Assembly: GCF_963921235.1 (NCBI RefSeq)
Contig: NC_086108.1
Location: 21,886,001 to 21,950,000 of the forward strand
Direction of reading: 5' to 3'
Source: Mobula hypostoma
Lineage: Eukaryota
Length of the DNA stretch: 64,000 nt
Part shown: positions 51,921 to 63,099 of the stretch, in pieces
Layout of the letters: each line of letters starts with the position of its first letter
Numbering within the stretch: the stretch's first letter is position 1
The notes under the pieces: generated by a model
Database searches by the model: none
What the model was told of the DNA's origin: nothing
Seen by the model: only the letters and a program-made list of their open reading frames with translations
Position numbers and translations under genes: made by a program

Positions 51921-54340
51921 GCGCAAGATAGATATGTCCCACAGAGGAACTAGTTCTCAGTTGGAAGGGGTAGGCAACCGTGGCTGACAATAGAAGTCAA
52001 GGACTGCATAAAAGCCAAGGAAAGGGTATATAAGGTAGCAAAAGTGAGTGGGAAGTTGAATGATTGGGAAGCTTTTAAAATCCATCAAAAGGCTTCTGAA
52101 AAAGCTATAAGAAGGGAAAAGATGAAAGGCAGGCTAGTCAATAATATAAAGCAGGATACCAGAAGTTTTTTCTGTTATATAAAGGGTAAAAGGGAGGTGA
52201 GAGTTGATATTGAACCACTGGTCAGGTTGTAATGGGGACAAAGAAATAGCAGATGAACTTAATGAGTACTTTGCACCTGTCTTCACTGTGGAAGACACTA
52301 GCAGTGTGCCAGAGGAATGTGAGTGTCGGGGAGCAGGAGTGAGTGCCTTTGCTATTACAAAGGGGAAAAGTGCCAGGCAAACCGAAAGGTCTTAAGATGG
52401 ATAAGTCAGCTGGGCCAGATGGACTACATCCTAGAGTTCTGACAGAGGTTGCTGAAGAGATAACAGAGGCATTAACCATAATCTTTCAAGAATCACTTGA
52501 TCCTGGCCTAGTGTCAGAGGCTGGTAGATTGCAAATGTCACTCCACTCTAAGAAGAGAGGAAGGCAAAAGAAACGAAGTTATAGGCCAAGCAACACACAC
52601 ATAAATGTTGGAGGAACTCAGCAGGCCAAACAGCATTTATGGGAAAAAGTACAGTCGATGTTTCAGCCCGAAATGTCAATTGCACAGTCCTGCCGAAGGT
52701 TTCGACCTGAAACATTGACTGTACAGTCCTGCCGAAGGGTTTCAGTCCGAAAATGTTGACTGTACTTTTTCCCATTGATGCTGCCTGGCCTGCTGAGTTA
52801 TTCCAGCATTTTGTGTGTGTCGCTCAGATTTCCAGCATCTCCAGATTTTCTCTTGAGTGTGAGAGGGGGGAGGTAGGTGGGTAGGAGAGGGGGAATGAAA
52901 AGAAATGATATGAGAAGTTAGGAGATGATAAGTGGAAGAGGCAAAGGGCTGTTGTGGAATTATAGGCTAGTTAGTCTAACCTCAGTGGTTGGGAAAGTAT
53001 TGAAATCTATTATTAAGGATGAGGTTTCGAGGTACTTGGAGACTAACGATGAAGTAAGTCAAAGTCAGCATGGTTTCTGTAAAGGGAAATCTTGCCTGAC
53101 AAATCTGTTAGAATTATTCAAGGAAGTGACAAGCAGGTGGACAAAGGAGAGGCAGTGGATGTCATTTACTTGGATTTTCAGAAGATGTCTGATAAGATGC
53201 CACACTTGAGGCTGCTTAACAAGATAAAATCCTGTGGTGTTACAGGAAAGATACTGACATGGACAGAGGAGTGGCTGACAGGCAGGAGAGAGTGAGTGGG
53301 AATAAAAGGGACCTTTCTTGGTTGACTTTTGGTGTTCCTCAGGGTTTGTATTAGGATTGCTGCTTTTCACATTGTTTGCCAATGATTTAGATAATGGAAT
53401 TGATGGCTTTGTGGCAATGTTTGTGAATGACAAAGATAGGTGGAGGGGTAGGTAGTGCTGAGGAAGCAATGCGATTGCAGCAGGACTTAGACAAATTGGA
53501 AGAATAGGCTTAAAAAGTGGCAGATGGAATACAGTGTTGGGAAATGTATGAGAATGCTTTTTGGTAAAAGGAACAATAATGCAGACTGTTAGCTCAATCG
53601 GGAGAAGGTTCAAACATCAGAGGAGGAAAGGGACTTAGGAGTCCTCATGCAAGACTCCCAGAAGGTTAATTTACAGGTTGAGTCTGAGGTAAGAAAGACA
53701 AATGCAAAGTTGGCATTTATTTCCAGTGGAATAGAATATAACATCAAAGAGGTATTGTTGAGCCATTATAAGACGCTAGTCAGGCCGCACTGAAGAGTAT
53801 TATCAACAGTTTTCGGCCCCATATCAGAAGGGATGTGTTGTCATTGGAGAGAGTCCAGAGGAGGTACATGAGGATGATTCCAGGAATGAAGGGGTTAACA
53901 TATGAGGAGCGTTTGGCAGCTTTGGGCCTGTATTCACTGGAATTTAGAAGAATGGGTGGGGATCTCATTGAAACCTACCAAATGTTGAAAGGGCTAGGTA
54001 GGGTGAATGTGGAGAGGATGTTTCATATGGTGGGGATATTCAGAAATAGAGGCCACATCCTCAAGATTGAGGGGTAACCCTTTGGAACAGAGATAAAGAG
54101 GAATCTCTTTAGCCAGAGAGTAGTAAATTTGTGGAATACTCTGCCACAGACTGCAGTGGAGGCCAGGTCCGGCGGAAGTTGATCATTTCCTGATCGGCCA
54201 GGGCATCAAAGGATGTGGCGAGAAGGTAGGTGTATGGTGTTGAGTGGGATACAGGATCAGCTATGATCGAATGGTAGAGTAGACTGAACGGGCTGAATGG
54301 TCCTAATTCTGCTCTTGTGTGTTACGGTTTTGTGATCTTA
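51921..54340 (+). mobile_element. Decayed CR1 LINE ORF2/3' end
   Basis: DKSAGPDGLHPRVL, YRLVSLTSVVGK, QHGFCKGKSCLTNL and LYSLEFRRMGGDLIETY, followed by a CR1 3' UTR. Confidence 0.88.
52587..52959. mobile_element. PLE-derived fold-back insertion with tandem hammerhead-like units, 8 bp TSD
   Basis: TSD 'ttataggc' at 52579-52586 and 52960-52967. The inverted arms are ~52594-52665 and ~52750-52820. Confidence 0.7.
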
Positions 54341-54514
54341 AGAAGGCAGAAGATACAGAGAATGGTGTGTTCGATGTAAATGCCTCTGGGAGCGATAAGT
54401 AAGGACAAGGGAAATCCTGTCTTGTTTTGCACCTGGAAGATGGCGTGAGGGTAGATGTCTGGGAAGTAGAGGAGATGCAGGTGAGGGCAGCACTGATGAT
54501 AGAGTGAGGGAACC

Positions 54515-56027
54515 TGAGGAATTGAGGATATAGAAAATAATTTTGAACCTATGTAACCTCTGGCGAAAAGAATAATTGGGACTGAAAAGGAATTTTTGAA
54601 CTGAAGTAAACTCTGTCTTCAGCAGTTAGCTAAAACCGGCTTATACTAGTTCTCCCTTGGTTTGCAGAGAGACATTGAGAGTTTGATAGCATTGTACATT
54701 GTACAGTCGGCGCTCCTTATCCACGAGTTCTGCATGCGCGAATTCAACCAACTGCGAATCGAGAAAACCCGTAAGTGCTTTTCCAGCACTTGTTGTTCGA
54801 ACATGTACAGACTTCTTTTCTTGTCATTATTTCCTAAACAATGCAGTATAACAACTATTTACATAACATTTACATTGTATTAGGTATTATAAGTAATCTA
54901 GAGATGATTTAAAGTATACGGGAGGATGTAAGTAGGTTATCATGGATCGGGATCGAAAAAAAACCGAAAGTTCTCTTACTAAGTAAGTCGGAACAGGTAC
55001 ATCCGATATTATTTAGTGTCAGTTAGTCAAACGTTTGTCTTAGTATATAGTATATATTTTACCTTTCTTTGCATATAAAACACTTAAGAAATGTATGTTT
55101 CAGCGGCGGGCTCGGGAACGGAAATTCCCAAGTTCAGGCCAGTGACAGACTGCTTCCGAGCGCGCTCTCCGTCCCTGCCGGGTTGATCTGGAGGATCAAA
55201 AACCCAAAATCCCAAAACCCAATAATTAAACCACTGCGTTGCTTAGTAATAACTGTAGCTTTCATCGGGGCAGGGATTTTTTCACTTTATCCTTTAAAAT
55301 CGTTCCGACTGTAGCCTAACGCTTTTCCAATGACTGGTGGCGTTTCACCTCTTTCCGATCGCTTTATTATTTCCACTTTATTTTAAATCGCAATCGTGAT
55401 TATTTTCGTGAACAGAAATACTGCGGATTCAGAGCTCCGCCGCTGGGCCCTAATGTTCACCGCACTGAGACAGGTTAAATAAGGTCTGGGGTTCCGCTGG
55501 GTCCTAAGGTCCACTGCATTGAGACAGGTTGAATAAGGGACTTGAGCGTTTGCGTTTTTTGGTATCCGCGAGGGGTCCCGGAACCATTCCCTCGCGGATA
55601 AGGAGGGCCGACTGTACCCTCGTTTGAGTAGGGGAAGGAGGACTCACCGATAAGGATAGGAATGAACATTCATCTGTTTTAAGTCAGGGCCTAGCAAAGG
55701 GAATAACTGATAAGGACTGGACAACACATCCATCTGTAGTTAAGCCTTGATCTAGCAGACTCTCTTATCTGTTACTAAGTTTCTCACCAACAGACTTGGT
55801 GGGCGTACCAGTTCAAATGACATCTTGCAATAGTAATGTGTGGGGCTTACTATGTATAAATATAAGGCTGTAACCGGGGAGAGTGGGCCCACTTGTCGGA
55901 TGGTGGCAGTACTTACTTGCCTTCCCTCTGACAACTGGGTCTGAAACTCTTGAAGGAGGGTGCGCAATAAACTATTGTAACTATAAGAAGTTGGTCTCCC
56001 GAGTTTTATTCAGATTCAGCTTTAACA
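54515..56027 (+). mobile_element. Solo LTR (~600 bp after removing the Tigger insert)
   Basis: TG...CA ends, flanks aacc / aact (4 bp TSD with one mismatch), TATA-like 'tataaatataa' at ~55855 and AATAAA at ~55966. Confidence 0.6.
54704..55614. mobile_element. Tigger3/MER7/MER2-like non-autonomous pogo DNA transposon
   Basis: 24 bp TIRs CAGTCGGCGCTCCTTATCCACGAG / CAGTCGGCCCTCCTTATCCGCGAG (2 mismatches), with TA on both sides. Confidence 0.88.
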
Positions 56028-56967
56028 AACTCTGTTCTTCGAAGAAAGAGGATGTCTCCAATATTGAAAAAAGGAAATTTGAGGAAAAAGATTTGTTAAT
56101 GTTGAAGAGGGAAAAAGAGTATTTTCTCTATTTTGGATTCTTTTATTTTATATAGTTGTGTACTTCCAATAATTTATTGTACTTATTTGTTGTTGAGAAA
56201 TTGATTGCATTCTTTTCCCATGCCACCCCCACCAAAGAAATCACCTTTATCAGAGGAATTAAGTTGTTACTTCTGTTGAAGTTGTCAGTATGAACTGGGG
56301 TTGGTAGATTACAAGTAAAGCAATGTAAAAATTAAAACTTCAGATTTAGCTGAGCTTAAATCTATGAAGTAGAAGACTTCACTAAAGTCCTAAGCATAAT
56401 TATATTACCCATATTTACTATTAGAAAATGAGAAGAAACATGGTGCATACACGGATATCTACAAATGGGAAGATCATATTTGGTAGTCAACACCACGCGC
56501 CAATTACGTACTGCAGTTTCTGGGATGTATTTGATCAGAATATTTATTGTTGCTATCAGGCTGAAGACAGTTTGACTTGTATTTGCAGGGCAAGGATGTT
56601 GCAGACTGCAGTTTGTGCATTCCTGTCACACACAAAGTTGGGCGTCTTGTGATTCTGTGATGTAGTGCTTTTAAAAAGAGGAGGGGGTGGTCGCTTTGCT
56701 CAGTTCAATGCCAGTAACTGTACTGCAGTATTTCTGATTGCAGAGAAGGGAATGTGTTCACCTAAGCTGAGAAGATATAGAATTTTGTAAAAGAAGACTT
56801 ATGTGATGTGCAAACTGATTTGGTAGCTGTGCATTACATGGAGCAGGGCATTAGTTAGTGTGCTCATCTCTGCAGCAGAGTTGTTCCTTTTTAGAATGAA
56901 TAAGGACTTCTACTGCTGCAAGTGTCGAACGTAGTGACGAATTGGATGCAGCAGTTGGCAATTCCTG

Positions 56968-57037
56968 ATGGATCGAATGGGTCTGAAAAGAAGGTTGTTG
57001 TACTTCTGTTCGAAATCGTGTGCATCTGAGATTTCAG
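56968..57037 (+). CDS. Candidate alternative first coding exon of the RASAL2-like gene (MDRMGLKRRLLYFCSKSCASEIS + G)
   Basis: ATG at 56968 is preceded by an in-frame TGA at 56935. It is followed by 23 codons plus 1 nt and a CAG|GTATAG donor. The phase-1 G would complete the GAT (Asp) codon of exon 61552. It lies in sequence I do not recognise as repeat. There is no expression evidence. Confidence 0.35.
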
Positions 57038-59629
57038 GTATAGTGGGTCAGGTTATTGTGCTGGTGTTGCAGCCCTGCTAGCTGGCCTTTTTAAACATCT
57101 GATACACAATGAATATACAAAACTAAGAAATTCTAACCTCAGTATTTTGATGGGATAGCACCCATGCAAGCTAAAGTATAAGAGGTGTAGCATGCAAAAG
57201 AAAATGTATAGGCTGATAACCACTACAGGAGATTGGCAATGCTGGAACTGGTTTGTTTCACCCAGTTTAGAGAACCAATTAACTTATGAAGTATAAATTA
57301 GTTTTTTTTGTATGAGCTGTTGTTATAATGTGGTATATTTGGAGCTTGAATACCAATTTTTGTGATTAGATCTTCAATATTTCCTTTAATCTTTGTTCTG
57401 TTAGTGACTGGTTATTCATTTATTATATTTTTGATCAATATCTTTGGTAAGATTGATGAACCTGGGTTCCTTTAATAGATCTCAGTTGAATTGATAATCA
57501 CATTGACAATAAAGCATGCACATTCTAGGTTACACTGGACTTATTGCACCTCTGTTTTCTTTGACAACTGCTTCATCTGTCTGTATCTTCCTTTTCGATG
57601 GATTTCTGAGGTCTGTTGGAACACTTGTTCAACAGTGAAAGCAAGTAACTTAGTAGAGCACATGAAGATACATATCAGGTCGTAAAGGACTCATTGGTCA
57701 AGTGCTTATTGTTTTCTGTCAGATTTATTTAAAAGATAGAAAACATAGGTGTATCAATTAGTTGTGAGCTTTGATGTTTTGTGTTCGAATTTCACTCAGA
57801 CTTCGTTATTTTTGCTCTTAATATAAGTTTATTCTTAAAAAATTTATTGTGTTGGAAAAAAGTATATCGCAAACTGCTTGACGCTAGTAGCCATAGCGTT
57901 GCAGGTATGTCACTGTACTACCAGTTTGCATAGTATGAGTGAAAACCATATTAGCTTTGGTGCACCTTTCCAACATTGATTTAACTGCACATTGAATCAC
58001 ATTGTATCACATTATATCTTCACAGAGTTTTAAGTGGTGAATGTGAAGACATGCTCATTCACAATGGTCTTTTATCATCATAGTCAATGAAGGAGTAGCA
58101 GTCTCAGCTCTCACAGTCTGGGTTGAGCAGGGTTTGAACTTTGTTGATGTTATAAAATTGTGTTGGTACTGTCAGTGAAAGGAATGGTTCATGAGTGTGG
58201 CTCACATGACGTTCACAAAAGTAATTAATAATGAACATTAAAGGAGGGTTTTGCCAGCTGTTCACATAACCCATGGATAAACAATAAAAACTGCAAAGTT
58301 TGCCAACTTGTTCTAAACCCCTCCCTCAAGCAGCTTGATTTTATAACTCCTTTCTGCAAGTGTGAATTATTGACTATGATTCTGATATCCTAATCATCAT
58401 ATAGTTTGGTATTAACTTAATAGATAAAAAAGGCTTGGGACAATGGACCTGAGATCTACATTGCCAAGAAGTGGAATTAATCTGGGTGGATAATAAGACA
58501 TAGCAAAGGCAAAAAACAGTTGTGGAAATGATATATTGGCCCCCAAACAGTAATGGTTCTGTTTTCCCCTTGTGTACAGTGTATCAGGAAATGAGAGGAG
58601 CAGATAACAAGGGTAATGCAATAGCCATATGGGACTTTGGTCTACATGTAGACTGGGCAAACCAAGCTAACAGCGATGCTGTTGAAGATGAATTTTTATA
58701 ACTGTATAAGAGATAATTTTAATGATCAGTATGTTAAGTAAGTAATGCAGGTGCTATCTGTCTTTGATCTAATATTCTGTCTTGAGAATGGATAGGTTGA
58801 AAATCTGCTTGTTAAGAGCCTTTTGTTCAAAAGAACTTGCAATTTGAAATGGGTCTTTCAAATCAGACTGAAGCAAAATTTGGGGAAACGGGTTGGTTAT
58901 GGTAGATTGAGAAGCTACATCAAAAGGTCTGATGGTAAACAAGTAATAGTTGACTTTTAAAGAATTGAGATTACATGATTGCTCTTTTGTTTCAAGCATA
59001 AAATACATTTGGAAAAAAAAGTACAGCTGTTGCTATTGAAGAATGGCAGATAGTATAAAGATTTGGTCTCAGCCGATTATATCTGACAGGGACCACCTGT
59101 TTTCTACCAGATCCTCAATATCATTCCTCAACCAGGCTCCCCTTGTCCTTTACTCTTACACTGTCTCACTTCAAAAACCATGCACTTGTCAGAGATTCCT
59201 TTTCTCACTGACAACTTTTTCCAATCAACCTTTGTAAGTCCAGTGAAAATCCTGCCATCAAATTAGCCTTCTCCCAATTTTAGACTTCAATTTGTGGATC
59301 GTCCATCTCTATTTTGAAACATAAATCATGGTCACTAGTCCCCAAATGCATCCCCACAGACATGTCTGTCATTTGCTCAGCTGATTTTTGTGCTGGGAGG
59401 TTGATTGCTTGCCCCTCTCTCGTTGGACCAACCACATAATGATTAAGGAAAACTTTCCTGCGCGTACTTAACAATTTCTTTTAGCGTATCAATATTAAAA
59501 TCACCAAGTCATTTTTCGAAAGCTCTCTGTAATCTCCCTATATATTTGCTCCTCTAATTCCTGCTGACTGTTGGAAGGTCTATTATGCAAACACAACAAA
59601 GTGATCATTCCCTTCTCATTTATGTTTTT

Positions 59630-59893
59630 AATTTTATTTAGAGATACGGCATGGAACAATCCTTCTAGCTTAATGAGCCGCACTGCCCAGAAACCCACCT
59701 ATTTAACAGGACAACTTCCAATGACCAATTAACCTACTAACTGGTATACCTTTGGACTGTGGGAGGAAACTAGAGCACCCAGAGTCATTGGTAAAACGTA
59801 CAAACTCCTTACAATGGTGCCAGAATTGAACTCCAAACTCCGGAATGCCCAAGCTGTAATAGCATCGTGCTAACCGCTACACTACTGTGGAGC
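59630..59893 (-). mobile_element. V-SINE-like tRNA-derived SINE
   Basis: Homologous to the halves at 28788-28950 and 29963-30105. It is inserted next to decayed CR1 endonuclease sequence at 59220-59610. Confidence 0.72.
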
Positions 59894-60249
59894 CCTCTGC
59901 ATTCCACCTGTGTAGTCTAACTAAAGCTTCTGTCATTCTTAGCAGTGCAAATGTCCCTGAGTAAGTTCAGCTGCTTGTTGCAGTGAGGTAGGAGCCACAG
60001 CTAGGTACTCTAACAGAGACAATGGAGGTTTCTGTGATTTTTTTTTCCCATTCATCTGTAGAACACCAGGACTACAGAGGAAAGTAAAAGATCTCACTTT
60101 ATCTTCCCTTTCCACATGCAGCCTCCTTGACAAAGCCTCTGAAAACAAAGCTCCAGCACTTGCGTCTCAAGTACAACACTTCAGCCTCACTGCAGCCACT
60201 CTCACAATGCAACATTGAAGCTAATGATATAATGGGTGGAGTTCATATG

Positions 60250-61300
60250 GATTTACGATTGTGATTTACAAACTTATTAGATATTTGTTGAGGTTGGAAC
60301 AAGCAGACTGCTTGTTGATTTTGGACTTTCAGATGGCCTTCAGTAAGATGTCTTACAATGCCTCTGAACAGAATCAGAGCATATAATTTTGAGGATTTAA
60401 TAACTCAAACTGAGGTTTGATTAATCAAAACAAAACAGCTTGGAAATAAGTGGCTCCTGCTCAGCATGGAAGCTCTTCACAAAAATTTTCGTGCTGAAAT
60501 TTTCATTTGTTGAGAAGTATAAAGAGATCTTCGTATCCTTGTAATACATTTCTGGAAATTAAAATGCAGGTTGAGAAAGCTGTTAAGAAGGCAGTCAGTA
60601 TGTTGCAAAAGTCGACCAGAGTAACAGAAATGTGATGCTCCCATTATAATAAAGCTCTAGAATGTTGTCATAGATCGAATTTTCCAACTTGAGAAAGGAT
60701 CCCCTGTGATTTTGGGAGTTCTGCAATGTTCATCAATTGATTTCATGGATAGCAGACTTGTATGAAAAGAGGAAAGGGCATGGTATATTGGCACTACAAT
60801 GTGTGGTGACACTTGCAGGCTGCTCCCGGCACATCTTTGCGTGTGCTGGTTGTTAATGCAAATGACTCAATTCACTGCGTTTTGATGTATGTGTGGCAGA
60901 TAAATCTGAATCTGAGAGCGAGTGAGCTAGTCCTTTCCATATTTTTGAAAATTATGAAACAATCTCAATGAATATGAATCTCTGAGGAGCTGACAGCGTG
61001 GATGTGGAATTAACGTTTCTCTTGGCAATATTGTCCAGAAATTGGGATCACAGTTTCAAAGTGATGAGAAGACGTTCACGTACTGCACTGAATCTTTGGA
61101 ATTCTCAACCTAAAGCAGTTGTGGAAGCTCACCTGATGAGTCAATTCACAAGAAATTATTTTTGATATTAAAGAGGTGAAGGGATGTAGGGTTGGAATAG
61201 GGGAGTAGTACTGTTGCTGAAAATCAGCTGCAATCTTACTAAATGATCATGTACACACAACTGGTGGAATGCCCTACTCTTGCTTCAATCTATTAATGTT
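60250..61300 (+). mobile_element. Very old CR1 LINE remnant
   Basis: Degenerate LDFQ.AF.K, QV.KAVKKA..ML and NLWNS.P...VEA motifs, plus a CR1-like 3' end. Confidence 0.55.
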
Positions 61301-61551
61301 CTTTTACTTTGTACTTCTTGACCTCCTACTTTAACAATAGAACTTGACTTCCTCTCAATTCTCATGGGAGTTGTCCATGAATTGTTGAAGGTTGACATTC
61401 TGAAGCTCAAACAGAAATGCTTTCAACTGGTGAACAACAGAAGGGAAATAGTTTCCCTAAGTTAGATGCTGGAAATGTAGATTTTGTTTTGACATCTTTT
61501 GAAGTTTATAGAGAAAGACGTTTAATCTGTTTTGTGTCTCTTTATTTGCAG

Positions 61552-61676
61552 ATGTGAAAGGTCCTCCAACACACAGACTGTCTTGTGGCCAGTCCCCATA
61601 TGCAGAAACAGCCTGGGATCAGAAATATTGTATGCTAACTGACAGCCAGATGATCCTTCTGAACAGGGAAGAAGAG
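61552..61676 (+). CDS. RASAL2: Internal coding exon (probably exon 2 of the long isoform) of RAS protein activator-like 2 (RasGAP, SynGAP/DAB2IP family)
   Basis: Polypyrimidine tract and acceptor 'tgttttgtgtctctttatttgcag' ends at 61551. Donor 'gag|gtaaaa' starts at 61677. The 125 bp exon (phase 1 to phase 0) translates (D)VKGPPTHRLSCGQSPYAETAWDQKYCMLTDSQMILLNREEE. This matches my recollection of RASAL2 DVKGPPTHRLSCGQSPYTETTTWERKYCILTDSQLVLLNKEKE; the SYNGAP1 paralogue is more divergent here. Confidence 0.88.
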
Positions 61677-63099
61677 GTAAAAATCATAATGCCTGTATTG
61701 CTAATCAGCAAAATGACCAACAACTATGTGCAATTCTTCCCCAGGTTATGATAGGATTCTGTTGCAATTCTGTGAATTGTTTGTCACCCAGAAGATGGCT
61801 GCAGCCCTGCACAACCTGCAATTCCATCTCGCTGGTCTCCCTAATGCTCATTTGTATGTACAGGGGGTACCTCAGTCAGGCTTTCATAAGCTGCTGAGGT
61901 TTGCATGAATAGACTCTATAGCTTTTGACGCTTCTCAGTAGAGACAGAGTATTCCAGAACGTGGTCAAATAATTTTTAAATGAATTAAAAGAAATGTTTT
62001 GCATCATTTGATCTCCTTGATCACTTTGCTTTTCTAAAACCTTTTTTAAAAAAACAAAAGGCTGACATGAAAGAGATGGGGGAGATTTTATGCGATTTTT
62101 GGGATTATCATGCTTTTTGGCACAAGGAAATCTTATCTGACACTGAAATCACTAGAAAAATAGCATGTCCTGAACCCTACCTGGACAGTTTTCTTCATTG
62201 TCAAGTAAATACCAGTTTTGTAATTATATTGGGACAGCTTGTCTTGGGGATGTGATTAGTTCTGTAGTACAAGTCTTCAGCACCACACCCGAGATATTGT
62301 CTGGTAGATACCCAAGTTGGAATTATACTGGAAAAAATAACTGGAGGTGTGACTAGTACTTTAGCACAAGTCTTGAGTACTATACCTGGTGTGTCGTTGT
62401 GTTCCTTTACTTTGTTGCATCAGTACTTTTTGCCATTTCTTGATACCATGTACAGTGAATGGACATAGCTGAAGATTGGCTTCTGTGATTTTGTGGATCT
62501 CTAGAGGAAGCTAAGGTGGATCATCCTCTCAGTCCCTCTGGCTAAACATGCTTATGAATCCTTAAACCTGCAAGAGTGCACATGCAGGGGCTCTGCCATC
62601 ATTAAGGTCTTTAGATTGTCCTTTCATTAACTGTTGAATTGTCCATCACAATTTATACTAAGATGTGGTTGCAGTTTGGAGTTTTGATCTAATTTACTAG
62701 ATGTATGTCCTTGTCCATTTCATGCTGTTTTTGTTGTTCACCACTTCTGTCATCCTGTGGTGCTTCAGGTGACCACCATGTTTAATTTGTCTGATCCAGT
62801 TCCTTTACTGCACTCCTCACTGTTGATTGCCTCCCCATAATTGATCATCTTATTTTGAATGTAATGGTAGAATGAAGCTTATGTGGTTACACCTTGTGGC
62901 TGTATCCTGATCTGTCTATTTATCATCCATGAATTTTCAGATATGAACTGCAGGTCTGTTCTAAATAAAGGACGTTTATTTAGTCAGTTATATGGCATCC
63001 TCAGACAAAATCAGAGATGGAGGAATCTGCACTCCTCGCGGTGCTCAGACGTGGCAGTTCTGAGTAACTCTTGCTCACTCAGTTTTGAATATCTTAACG

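Larger units (their letters stand above)
51030..56060 (-). mobile_element. Decayed PLE in three pieces (51030-51920, ~54343-54514, 56028-56060) separated by nested insertions
   Basis: The pieces rejoin colinearly with the PLE sequence at 33580-33660 and with the reverse complement of 34620-34690. The minus strand encodes EDQHLIF. Confidence 0.7.

Noticed and set aside
52640..52770. Short tandem repeats superficially like a CRISPR array
   Set aside because: Eukaryotic context, no unique spacers and no cas genes. The units are PLE end duplications.
61677..61751. Continuation of the 61554 ORF (VKIIMPVLL...)
   Set aside because: This is read-through past the GT donor into the intron; similarity to RASAL2 ends at 61676.
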